Below, piece after piece: positions 39,344 through 52,542 of a stretch of DNA of 64,000 nt (position 1 is its first letter; every line of letters begins with the position of its first letter). Position numbers and translations under genes: made by a program. This DNA is from Candidatus Latescibacterota bacterium (GTDB taxonomy: Bacteria; Latescibacterota; UBA2968; UBA8231): NCBI GenBank assembly GCA_965217585.1, contig OZ244561.1, positions 3,680,001-3,744,000 of the forward strand. The letters are read 5' to 3'. The notes beneath the pieces are model-generated. The model had not been told where the DNA came from and did not search any database. It saw nothing but the letters and a program-made list of their open reading frames with translations.

Positions 39344-40819
39344 ATGGCCGAAGTCGTTCGCCACAACTGCGGTTTGACCGTAGCCCACTCTCTGCACGAT
39401 GCCTACCGCTTTATCCATTCGCTACAGCATCGAGGCCGCGAGGCGGCCGGCATTGCCGCAGTAGGCGACGGCCGCATCGACGTGATCAAGTGGAAGGGAG
39501 GGGTCTCGCGCTTCGACGTAACCGATCTGCACAAAATTTTCCTCAGCCCCAATTACCACACCTACATGGCCCACGTGCGCTACGCCACTCGCGGCTCGAA
39601 GAACAAAATCCTCGAGGAGGCGCATCCGCACGTCATCGGCGGCACGGTCGAACATCGCGACAACCACATCCTGATCTGGGATTGCGATATGGCGGCCGTC
39701 CACAACGGCCAAATTGACCGGGTCTTCTTCCAGGACACGGCTCCCTTGCGTCTGTATTCGAGCTGCGACACGGAGGCCTTGCTCTACCTCTACCGAGAGC
39801 GCGGGGCGAACAATTTTCTCAAGGAAGTGCCCGGTGCCTACACCTTGGCCATCGCCGACAAGCGCGAGCGCGACGTGATCGCAATACGCGATCGCACCGG
39901 GATCAAACCCGGAGTGCTCGGCTGGAAAGATGGCAAGTACGTGATGGCCTCGGAGGACATCGCCTTCCGCAAAAACGGCGGCGAATACGTCGAGGACTTG
40001 GAGCCGGGAGCGATCTACCGTCTCACGCCCGAAGGGAACTACAGCAAGCAAGGCGTGGTCTCGACCGACCTCGCCTATTGCTTTTTTGAGTGGAACTACA
40101 TCACCGATCTCGACTCGATCATCAACGGCGTCAGCGTGCGCCGCATCCGCGAATCGCTAGGGGAGATACTCAGTGAGGAATTTCTGCCGCCCGACGTCGA
40201 TCTGGTTACGTACCTGCCGCGCTGCCCCGAGGTAGCGGCCCGCGCCTACGCCAAGCAGGCGGAATTGCCCTTTGAACCCGTGTTTTACAAGATGCGCGGC
40301 GAGCGCTCGTTCCAAGGTTCGACCGCTGGCGAGCGCAAGGACTCAATTGACCAGAACCTGCACCTTTTGCCCGGGATGGCGCAAAAGCTCAGGGGCAAGA
40401 CCGTGATCCTGATCGACGACAGCATCATCCGCGGCAACAACTCCAAGCGCGCCTGCGATCTGCTCTACGAGGAGGCTGGCGTCGGGCAGGCTTATTTGGT
40501 GAGTTACACGCCGCCGATTGGCATTATCGGCGACGATGGCGTGCCGAGGGGATGCAACTTTGGGGTAGATATGCCGCCGGACCCGCCGCCGGGCGACGAG
40601 TTTATCGCACGTGGGCGCACGGCCGAGGCCATCGGCGAGGCGATGGGGATGCCAGTGATTTACTTGTCGCAGCAGGGGATGCTAGACGCCTTTGCGCGCG
40701 CCGGGTTGCCCGAGCGCGACTTGTGTACGTACTGCATTGGCGGACGCATGCCTTTTGAAGCGGCTGGATCGCTGATCCAAATTGGCGACAGGCCGCAGCT
40801 CGACTTGTGGCGGGCTTGA
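39344..40819 (+). CDS. purF: Divergent amidophosphoribosyltransferase (PurF-like)
   Basis: Propeptide plus CG, LQHRG, HVRYAT, HNG, PRPP loop ILIDDSIIRG, Cys in CFFE, GCNFG and CTYC. Confidence 0.8.
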   Translation: MAEVVRHNCGLTVAHSLHDAYRFIHSLQHRGREAAGIAAVGDGRIDVIKWKGGVSRFDVTDLHKIFLSPNYHTYMAHVRYATRGSKNKILEEAHPHVIGGTVEHRDNHILIWDCDMAAVHNGQIDRVFFQDTAPLRLYSSCDTEALLYLYRERGANNFLKEVPGAYTLAIADKRERDVIAIRDRTGIKPGVLGWKDGKYVMASEDIAFRKNGGEYVEDLEPGAIYRLTPEGNYSKQGVVSTDLAYCFFEWNYITDLDSIINGVSVRRIRESLGEILSEEFLPPDVDLVTYLPRCPEVAARAYAKQAELPFEPVFYKMRGERSFQGSTAGERKDSIDQNLHLLPGMAQKLRGKTVILIDDSIIRGNNSKRACDLLYEEAGVGQAYLVSYTPPIGIIGDDGVPRGCNFGVDMPPDPPPGDEFIARGRTAEAIGEAMGMPVIYLSQQGMLDAFARAGLPERDLCTYCIGGRMPFEAAGSLIQIGDRPQLDLWRA

Positions 40820-40876
40820 AGGGCTGGTCCTAAAAAACCCAGTATATCCGCTTCATCTTGCTCTAGGCTTGGGCTG

Positions 40877-41791
40877 CTATTCGGCTCTCAGCATTTCGAC
40901 CCAGCTTTCGGGATCGTCAGTCTCAATTCCGGTAAACAACTCCAGCTCTTGCTCCATCCACAAAGTGTCGCCCGGCATCAGTTCGCTCAAAGGGCCGACG
41001 TTTTCGATCTCGCCAAAGCGCGGCTTGCCGTCGAATACTTCAGGCGTGGAGTTGAACATCGTCACCGTGCCGCCGTCTTCGGGGTATTCGGCGTTGGCGA
41101 CATGGGCGACCGTAGATTTGAGCGCATTTCCGTTCCACACAAAGGCGGTCCAACCGGCGTCGCTATTGGTGCCGACCTTGTGCCAGCCGTTTTGCGGCTC
41201 TATCCGATAGTCGAGCGCGAGCGCGCGGGGGCCTAGGTGGATGCCGCTTTCGTTGGGGTCGGTGCTCGGCCAGAACAGCAAGCTGCGGCGGCCCGTGCTG
41301 CGCCAGGGTACGACGCCGACGCCCGCATCGGGGCGGATGACGTTGAGGGCCCAACAGGCGATGCGGCGCTTTGCGGCGCGCATGTTTTTGAAGCCGTGGC
41401 GGATCTGGAGCACGGGCCGCTCGCTGTCGAGCGCGACCTCCATGATGAGTTGTAGGCCCGAGCTGTCGTCCGGGGCGGCGGTGAGGCGCACGGAGCGCGC
41501 GCCGGTCATCTCAGCGGTGGCCGGTTGCAGGGCCGGTAGCCCGGATGCGGGAATCTGCGTCGGCTCGAAGAACCACGAGCGCACGCCGATGTATTCGTAT
41601 TCGCGGGAGACGTGGAGGGGGGTTTCACCGCCTTTGAGGCGGAAGGCGAGGACCCGCGGATAGGGCGCGGCGATGGCAAAAGCCTCGGCGCGGTCGTTTT
41701 CGAGCCAGAAGCCGGCGAAGCCTTCGTACTGGTCGGTTTGGGCGGCTAGGGGCAGGGCGGCTAAGAGTAAAAAACAGCAAGCGATGCGCAT
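40877..41791 (-). CDS. Secreted hypothetical protein (DUF4380/mutarotase-fold-like)
   Basis: Signal peptide, beta-rich, EIENVGPLSELMPG C-terminal pattern. Confidence 0.6.
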   Translation of the reverse strand: MRIACCFLLLAALPLAAQTDQYEGFAGFWLENDRAEAFAIAAPYPRVLAFRLKGGETPLHVSREYEYIGVRSWFFEPTQIPASGLPALQPATAEMTGARSVRLTAAPDDSSGLQLIMEVALDSERPVLQIRHGFKNMRAAKRRIACWALNVIRPDAGVGVVPWRSTGRRSLLFWPSTDPNESGIHLGPRALALDYRIEPQNGWHKVGTNSDAGWTAFVWNGNALKSTVAHVANAEYPEDGGTVTMFNSTPEVFDGKPRFGEIENVGPLSELMPGDTLWMEQELELFTGIETDDPESWVEMLRAE

Positions 41792-41872
41792 GGGCGTTGT
41801 CTCCGGTCAATTAATTGTGCATGATAGGCCCTGAGAATTGCACTGTCAAACGCCAATCCGAGGAGTAGAACG

Positions 41873-42604
41873 ATGATCGTCGAAGAAGTACGGCTGTGGA
41901 AATTGACCCGCCGCCACGTGCGCGAGCGGCTGGAACAGGGGCTGATCAAGGGGGCGATTCTGCCCACCGGCAGCACGGAACAGCACAACGAGCACTTGGC
42001 GATGGAGCACGATACCGCCAGCGCGGCGCATGTGGCGCACCAAGCGGCCTTGCAGCTCTATCCGCAAGTGGTGGTGGCCACGCCTCTGTCCATAGGCATA
42101 TCCGAGCACTGGATGGAGTTCCCCGGCACCTTGAGCCTGCGGCCAGAGACCTTCTTTACCGTGGCCTACGACGTGTGCGAGTCGCTCAAGCGGCACGGGA
42201 TTGAGCACGTCCTGATATGCAATGGCCACGCCGGCAACGGCCCCTTGGGCGGCCAAGTCGAGGAGTTCAGCAAGCGGCTGGACATGGACGTGCAGTTTTA
42301 TTCGTATTGGACGGCGTATTCGCAGGAGCTGGTCGCCGAAGTGCTGGACTCTGGGGACTGCCCGGCGCACGCAGCCGAGTTTGAGACCTCGTTTGCCATG
42401 GCGGCGTTTCCCGAGAACGTACAGTGGAAGGGGGTCGATTACGAGGGGGCCAATCTCCAGATACAGAGCGAGAGATACGCCCCGCGCGACCCGATCTACT
42501 TCAAGGCGGGCCGCGACTTGGCCACGCCCAAAAAAGGCCGGGTGATGGCCGATGTGGCCATTGACTGGGTCGCCGCTAAGATGCAGGAGATGATCGGCGA
42601 GTGA
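41873..42604 (+). CDS. Creatininase family amidohydrolase
   Basis: LPTGSTEQHNEHL, PGTLSL, NGHAGN, HAAEFETS. Confidence 0.92.
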   Translation: MIVEEVRLWKLTRRHVRERLEQGLIKGAILPTGSTEQHNEHLAMEHDTASAAHVAHQAALQLYPQVVVATPLSIGISEHWMEFPGTLSLRPETFFTVAYDVCESLKRHGIEHVLICNGHAGNGPLGGQVEEFSKRLDMDVQFYSYWTAYSQELVAEVLDSGDCPAHAAEFETSFAMAAFPENVQWKGVDYEGANLQIQSERYAPRDPIYFKAGRDLATPKKGRVMADVAIDWVAAKMQEMIGE

Positions 42605-42626
42605 GCACGTCGCGTGATTTGGACCC

Positions 42627-42662
42627 AAAAAAGTCGGCACCCCGAAGGGTGCCGGCTTTTTT
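42627..42662. terminator. Bidirectional intrinsic terminator
   Basis: AAAAAAGTCGGCACCC-CGAA-GGGTGCCGGCTTTTTT. Confidence 0.88.
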
Positions 42663-42721
42663 ATGCGGTTGTTGAAAGAGGGAGACTAATGAGCGGCCTT
42701 GATGGGTGCTTAGGTCACCGC

Positions 42722-45659
42722 TTACCCATTCAGTATTGTCCCAACGTAACTGTCCTTGTCCTCTTCCTGAAAAAGGATATTACACTTCTGCATCTCGTTC
42801 TTTTCCTTATTCCACTGTCTCCGCATCGTCGCGGATGGAGTGTTCGAGACGATGAAGGACTGCAAGCTCACGTCGGAATCACCTAGGCGTTGTTCGATCT
42901 CCTTGACGGTCTCGTGGAACTGAATCTTGGGATCACTCGGCCCGAGGTTCCGGATTCCCTTGGGATCCACAAAGATGATCCGCTGCTGACCGTCCTCGAT
43001 CAGCCACAAGATGAAGTCGGGGTGGAAGTTGCCGGCTCCTCCTGCGACTTGTCGACTAAGATGCGGTAGCCCTCGTGCGGCGAATCCTTCACACCGAGGA
43101 AGTTTGGGTCGTCGCCGTCTAGGTCGCGGTATTCGAGGTGAGGAAGTTCCCACTCCCGCTTGCGAAAGGTGTAGTAGCGCTCGGTGTATTTCTTGAGCAG
43201 CGCAACGGCGATCTCCTCCCAGAGGCGCACCTTCTCGTAGGAATCCCCGACTAGTTCCTCTGCGGGAATCTGTAAGCGATACCAACTCGGGTCGCCGAGC
43301 AGTGCCTCGACCCCCTGCCGTGTGAGATTCAGGTTGTACCAGCCGCGCTCGGCCTTGAATCGCTCCAAATCGAAGCAAATGCGGTCGAGATCAAGGAAGG
43401 CCACATGGCGAGATGTCAGGTGGGTCTCGTTCGGCGCGGCATCGGCATCGCCGCCAATCAGACCGCCCGACGTCATCGCTTGGATCTTCGGATACCAGTT
43501 GAGCACCACTTGGTTTCTCTGGAGGTACTCGGTACTCGGATCACCAGCGGGGTCCGGCGGCGCGACGGTCGGGACGGGGGCGAGCTTGCGGAACGCGTCG
43601 CCGAACTCGGTGCTGATGCCGTTGATCGTCTTCCTGAGACGTATCGTCTTGAGTTTCTGCGTGCCGAGGTTTTTTATAACCGGCAGTAGGAACTCGATGC
43701 GGTCATCGTTGGTGGGTAGCCCCTCCTCTTCGAGGAAGTCACGGAACTGTGCCATGTAGTCGGCATGAATGCCGAAGATACCGAGCGTCTCGAGGACGCC
43801 GATGTGTTTAGGCCGCTCGACGCCTTCGGGGAGTTGTGTCTTGTCGCTACGTTTGAGACTCAGGTTAAAGCCCTTGAGCCGGACTCCGCGCCCGAAGAGT
43901 TGAATAATCTGCGCGCCTTCCCCCTTGCCCACATTCATCAGGCCCATCGTCGAGACGCGCCAACTGCTCCAGCCCTCGGTGAACTTCTTCGAGCCGATCA
44001 GCAGGTTCACCGTGGAGTGCGGTTGGTTGATCTCGTGGAATAGAGATCCCGAGAATTCCCGCTCACCCGTGGCAAGGCCGTTCTCCTCACACAGTTTCAC
44101 CAGCTTGGTGTCGTCGCCCACGTTGATGACGCCGAAGGCTTCGTTCTCGGCGCCCAGCCGTAGGGCCACTTCGCCGGTCACGCCTTTAAGGTTTTCGACA
44201 TAGAGCTGGCCGCCACCGGGGGCGTTGAAGAGCGCCTCCAGCGTCTTGTCGAAGACCTGCGCCGGCGAGAGTCCGCAGGTGTTGAGATACGGAAAGCGCC
44301 CGGCGAACAGGTTCTTGCCCGTTGCGGTGACAAGGCCCTGGTTGAGAATCTGGTCGATGCGCTGGATGCTGTCGGCGCGATCGGCCACATAGCGGGCCAG
44401 GAACTGCAAGATCTCCACGATGTCCGACGCGTCCTTTTTCGCGAGCGTCGCTGTCACGCTTCCACCGACGAAGACCCACAGAGGATGCTCGATGTTGAAT
44501 GGTCGGAAGGTGCCGCCTTGCTCGCGGTAGAGTCGCTGCTGCTGGAAGAACGAGAGCAGACAGGCCACCAGGTACAGCTCCAGGTGGTTCTGTTGCGTTC
44601 CTCGGTCGAGATTGAGGATCTGGTAGTCCTTGCCGAAGCCGTCCGCGTAGAAATAGCGGTACGAGTAGTCGCACAGCGTGCTCTTGGCGTACAGCTCGGT
44701 GAGCTTGGGGCTGTCCTTGACCGCTTGCCCGAAGGTGGCCGAGTACTCGAAGGAGAATCCCTTTTCGCACAGCGCATTGCGAAAGCGCATCCACGCGCCT
44801 TCTTCTCCTGCACTTGCGCCGCGGTGCCCTTCATCCACGAGCACCAGATTGTTCCCCTCGAAGGCGTCGATGGCGATGGTCTTGTCGCCCATCTCGTCCT
44901 TAAGCTTGTGGATGTCGAGGATTTCTATACTCTGCCCGCTAAACAACCCGCGCCCATCCTTGTTGAAGAGCTCCGCGTCGATGCCCGCCGCCTCAAACTC
45001 GCGCAGATGCTGCTGCGAGAGTCCTTCGTTGGGCGTAAGCAGGAGGATGCGGTTCAACTCGCGCCGCCGGCCGTGTTGGGTCAGAGCGTGCTGGTACTGC
45101 AGAATGTTGGCGTGCATCAGCAGCGTCTTACCGCTGCCGGTGGCCATCCAGAAGGCGAGCTTGTTTAGTTGCGGCCAGGCTTCAGCGGCTTCGTCTAAGG
45201 CGGCGATCTGGTCGGCCTCGGGCTTGTCCGCGTTGTAGGCGGCCACCTGCACGTTTAGATCCACAAGCAGCGCCTTGGGATCGCGGAAGTAGCGGTCTAG
45301 GTAGATTTCGCTGAAGAGCAAGGTCAGATACTGGAAGTACTTCCAGACGATCGGCTCCTCGCCGCGGGTGATCCGCCGTTCGTTCAGCCGTTGCGTGTGC
45401 TTGACGATATTCTGGTCGTACTCCAGCAGCAACTCGGTGGGCAATTGCGTCAGGTCGGAGTGATGCGTCGTGAGCGCGTGGTGGAAGCGGTGGATGTTGT
45501 TCTCGTCCAGCCCTTCCAGCGCCTCATCGTGTAGGTGTTCAGCCAGTTCCTCGAAGCGCTTTACGTTGAAGAGCGACAACAGCCACTGGTTGAGCACCAG
45601 CTTGTAGGCGAAGAGCACCTGCGGCTTTTTGTGGGTCGCTTTGGCCTTCTTCTTCGCCA

Positions 45660-45660
<1 letters not shown>
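42722..45660 (-). pseudogene. res: Type III restriction subunit Res, frameshifted near 43038
   Basis: Start MAKKKAK coupled to the mod stop (TGATG); [23 protein letters not shown]. The nuclease motif HPDFILW...FVDPKG lies in another frame after LVDKSQEE. Confidence 0.85.
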
Positions 45661-48965
<3,305 letters not shown>

Positions 48966-49183
48966 GCGGTTTCTTCTTTATGGATGAAGTTCAATTTACG
49001 GGCGGGCACCAGTTCACATTCGGCGAGACCTGGAACGAACGCTATCCTACGATCCATCGATCCTGGGACCAGTATTAGGACCAGTTGAAAACAGGCAGAA
49101 GAGCGGAGCCTACTCGGGCGGTTCCACAAACAGTATGTTCGCTTCGATACGACTCATGTTGTTCTCTTTGGCTCTGTTATAAT

Positions 49184-49220
49184 AAAAAAAGCCCTACTTC
49201 CCGAAGGAAGCAGGGCTTTT
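49184..49220 (-). terminator. Intrinsic terminator
   Basis: AAAAAAAGCCCTACTTCC-CGAA-GGAAGCAGGGCTTTT downstream of the 49252 gene. Confidence 0.82.
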
Positions 49221-49251
49221 CGCATACCCTGAAAAAGCAGTCGCGGCTTTC

Positions 49252-50160
49252 TTAGTGAGCAGATTTGATCTGGCCCCAGCTCACGTCCTCGACAGCGGTC
49301 TCTTCCATCTCCGCCAGCGAAGGCTCCATCTCGGCCAGCACCACGTCGTTGGTCGCGGTGCAGCAGCTTTCCGGCGACATGGTCCAGAAGCCCTGATAGC
49401 TTTCGCGCACACACTCGGTGCAGGCCTCGTCGAAGTCGCCCACGGTCACGGAAGTGTGAATGATCTCGTTTTCCGCGAGATCGAACACCACGGCTTGCTC
49501 TGGGGTGGCCGACGCGTCATTGGGCAACGCGATGATCGGCGTGATGGCTAGCTCGTAATAATAGGTGCTCTCGCCGAACTGCTCGCCGTCGTAGCTCCAG
49601 CCAAAGTCCACCCAGTCGCTGCCATCTACCAGCCACTCGAGCGCGCTCACCGGGCGGTAGAACTGATAGGCACCTTCGACCGGCGGCACAGCCCACTTGT
49701 AGCTAAAGTTGTTGGCCGGCTCGCCTTCTTGGTTATGGTCCTCGGTCGGCGTGTGGTCCGGGTTGACCTCTACTTCCCAGGCGTCGTCCTGCCAGAAGGC
49801 CGAGGGGTTTTCGCGGTCCAAGTTGTGGACATTGTCGAAGACCTCGGTCATGTAGTAGAGCTTGTTGGCGCTGTCGTTCCAGCCGATGAGGTGGCGGATG
49901 TTAATGTCGCTGACATCGATTTCGCCACGGCCCACGGGCTGGATGTCGGCCACTGGCGAATAGAGGCGGTCGTTGCGGATCGTGTACGGATCGATCGGCA
50001 CGACGTCCCAGTCCGACAGGTCGCCGTCCATGGTGGGGACGAGATTGTCGGGGAACTGCACGGCGAAATAGAGCTCGCCGGGAGGCGCGTGGCCAAAGGA
50101 CGTACCGCACAGGCCCATGACCAAGACTGCCGCTAAGACGAATTTGCTCCGCTCTTTCAT
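49252..50160 (-). CDS. Secreted acidic CBM9/DOMON-like protein with C-terminal TAVEDVSWGQIK tail
   Basis: GGAGG RBS, signal peptide, PTMDGDLSDW, IGWND...YYMTEVFD, DAWEVEV, YYYELAI. Confidence 0.7.
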   Translation of the reverse strand: MKERSKFVLAAVLVMGLCGTSFGHAPPGELYFAVQFPDNLVPTMDGDLSDWDVVPIDPYTIRNDRLYSPVADIQPVGRGEIDVSDINIRHLIGWNDSANKLYYMTEVFDNVHNLDRENPSAFWQDDAWEVEVNPDHTPTEDHNQEGEPANNFSYKWAVPPVEGAYQFYRPVSALEWLVDGSDWVDFGWSYDGEQFGESTYYYELAITPIIALPNDASATPEQAVVFDLAENEIIHTSVTVGDFDEACTECVRESYQGFWTMSPESCCTATNDVVLAEMEPSLAEMEETAVEDVSWGQIKSAH

Positions 50161-50276
50161 AGCGAAAACCCTCCTTAGGAGAAGTGAGAAATGCTGTATA
50201 AAACAATATGTACAAAGATACAGCGCACTCGGCACGCGCTTAGTGCCTCAATGAATAAACAACTCAGCGCCGTTTG

Positions 50277-52397
50277 TCAATAAGCGACCGCGAGGATGCC
50301 GGTGCGTTCTTCTTTCTCTTCTAGTTGCAGCCGCCAGATATAGGTGCCCGGGGGTACGAGCTGCCCAGCGGCGTCGCGGCCGTCCCAGCGATGGGCGAAT
50401 TCGCCGCTGCGAGCAGTGATGGACGGCAACTCGACCACGAGTTGGCCGGCGAGGTTGTAGATCGCCAGTCGCACTGGGCGGCTAGCCGTGACTTCGCGCA
50501 GCTTGTAGGCGATTTCCAAGGTCTCGTTCAGCCCGTCGCCATTCGGCGTGAGCGGGTTGGCAGTCACCGCAATATCGACGAGGAGCCGACCGCCGACGGG
50601 TGTATTGATGGCGAGGGCGTCGCCCGAAAAGCGAAAGGTAGCGTTGCCCGGGCGAATTTGCTGCTTGATCTGGTCGGGGTCGTTGCTGTCGAAGACCCAG
50701 CCTGAAAACTCGGTGCCAAAGCGCAAGACCGGCACGACAAAGCTCACTAGGAGCTGTTTGAAACTGTCGCCTTCGCCTTGCAGGCGGGGGAAGGACACCA
50801 CGAAGCGGTCGGCTTGGATATCTGGGACAAAGTCGTCCAAATCGAGTTCGGTGCCGTCGCGTTTGACCGCAGAGACGGCGCGGACTTGGGCGTGGGTGCG
50901 GATCTCTAGCCGGTCGAATCCAGTGTCATCGGCGCTGAATTCCGGCCGGACAACGTATGTAAATTCCGTGGGCGCGAAGGAATCGACGGCAATGGGCCAC
51001 ACCTCGCCGAGGATTTCGCGGGCGGCCGGTGCATTGCCGAATTGGAGTGTGAATGAGCGGATGCGGGGCGCGGTGGTAAAGGTGGAGAACAGGCGAAAGG
51101 CGAGTTGGATGTAGCGGCTCGGCCCGGGCGACAAAAGCGGCGTGCCGTCGCGCCATGCCTCAGCCGGCGCGTCGCTGTCGCGCAAGCCCGCGGCAAAGTC
51201 GTAGGGCGGCGACCAAAAGCTCCAGTTGTCGGTGTCGTACACGGTGGGCAGGCGGCCGGACGGGTCGAGTTTTCCGTAGGCGGCCAAGGTGATGGGTCGA
51301 ATGTCGCCGTTGATATTTTCGTCGAAGTAGAGACTGGGATCGGGGGTGTTGCCGGTGCGGGTGCGGACCTCGATGCGGGTGCCCTCGGGCACGTCGGCGT
51401 CCCAGCGAATTTTGCCCCAGTTGATCGGCTGGCCAAAATCGAGGATCTGGGTGACAAGGACGGTCTCCTCGACAAAGCCCTCGCCGTACACTTCGAATTC
51501 GGCGACCTCCCAGTCGCGCAAAGGGAAGGCTTGAGCCGTGATCCAGCGAATTGACTCGGTGGGGAAGCTCAGTTCGACTACTGGATCGAGATTTTCGCGA
51601 TTGGATTTGATCACAGTGAGCTGGGGATCTTGGTTGCGCACCCAGTTCAGACCCTTGGTGACGCGGCTGACCTTGTCACAGGGGCTGTTGGCAAAGCGCG
51701 CATTATTGTCGCCGACGCGGATTTCATACCAAGCGAGAAAGTTGCTGGCAAAGCTATCTATGCCAAAGTGTTCCAAGGGGGGACGAGGCTCGGTGAGTTC
51801 GTTGATGAGCAATAGGTCGTCCTCTTGACCGAGGCGGGGAAAGAAGCGGATGCGGTTGACGGGCACGGCCGCACGAAAATCTATGACGACCGCTTGTTTC
51901 CAGCCTTCGCCGGTGACCCCGGCGATGATCGTGCCGCCGCTGAAGATGCCTTGGCCTGGGGTGAAGCGGCGAAAGTGAGCGGTGGTCACATCGCCATCGA
52001 ATTGCTTCTTGACTACGGGAGTATGGTTATCGACGGCACCACAGCCATCGGTGGTCTGGGCCTCGCCGCCGATATAGGGCAGGGGAATCTTGATGGCCGA
52101 GGAATTGGGATCGGTCAGGGTCAGATTGACCGATGGGTCGATGAAACGCGGCTGAATGGCGTCGTCGGCAAAGTCGATGAGGGTGTCGGCAGCCACGCCG
52201 TGGGGCGTGACGCCCACGGGCTCGGTGCTCACGAACTGGCCTTCGGCATCAAAGAGCCAGTACTCGCCGGCCCCTTCTTCAGACAGCAGGTTAGGCCAGG
52301 GATTGCCGTCGTCTCCTCCGACGCGAAATTCCCCACGACTGTGCGCTGGCACAATCGACAGGACGAGCAGGAAACACGAAGCGATGATGCGCTGCAT
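50277..52397 (-). CDS. Secreted protein with discoidin-like/Ig domains and a TPNGDG-FlgD C-terminal domain (paralog 1)
   Basis: Signal peptide; NPLTPNGDGLNE, IYNLAGQLV, WDGRDAAGQLVPPGTY, ends LAVAY. Confidence 0.8.
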   Translation of the reverse strand: MQRIIASCFLLVLSIVPAHSRGEFRVGGDDGNPWPNLLSEEGAGEYWLFDAEGQFVSTEPVGVTPHGVAADTLIDFADDAIQPRFIDPSVNLTLTDPNSSAIKIPLPYIGGEAQTTDGCGAVDNHTPVVKKQFDGDVTTAHFRRFTPGQGIFSGGTIIAGVTGEGWKQAVVIDFRAAVPVNRIRFFPRLGQEDDLLLINELTEPRPPLEHFGIDSFASNFLAWYEIRVGDNNARFANSPCDKVSRVTKGLNWVRNQDPQLTVIKSNRENLDPVVELSFPTESIRWITAQAFPLRDWEVAEFEVYGEGFVEETVLVTQILDFGQPINWGKIRWDADVPEGTRIEVRTRTGNTPDPSLYFDENINGDIRPITLAAYGKLDPSGRLPTVYDTDNWSFWSPPYDFAAGLRDSDAPAEAWRDGTPLLSPGPSRYIQLAFRLFSTFTTAPRIRSFTLQFGNAPAAREILGEVWPIAVDSFAPTEFTYVVRPEFSADDTGFDRLEIRTHAQVRAVSAVKRDGTELDLDDFVPDIQADRFVVSFPRLQGEGDSFKQLLVSFVVPVLRFGTEFSGWVFDSNDPDQIKQQIRPGNATFRFSGDALAINTPVGGRLLVDIAVTANPLTPNGDGLNETLEIAYKLREVTASRPVRLAIYNLAGQLVVELPSITARSGEFAHRWDGRDAAGQLVPPGTYIWRLQLEEKEERTGILAVAY

Positions 52398-52542
52398 GGC
52401 GTCTTTTCCTTGAGATAAAAGTAATATAAAGAAAGAAGAGGGCGGCTTGGCAAGTTTGAATATAGCGCATGGCGAGCGCGCTTAACTTGATTTATGCTCG
52501 CTCTTTGGTTGTTTTATGCAGCAAATCGCACGGAGGATTGCA

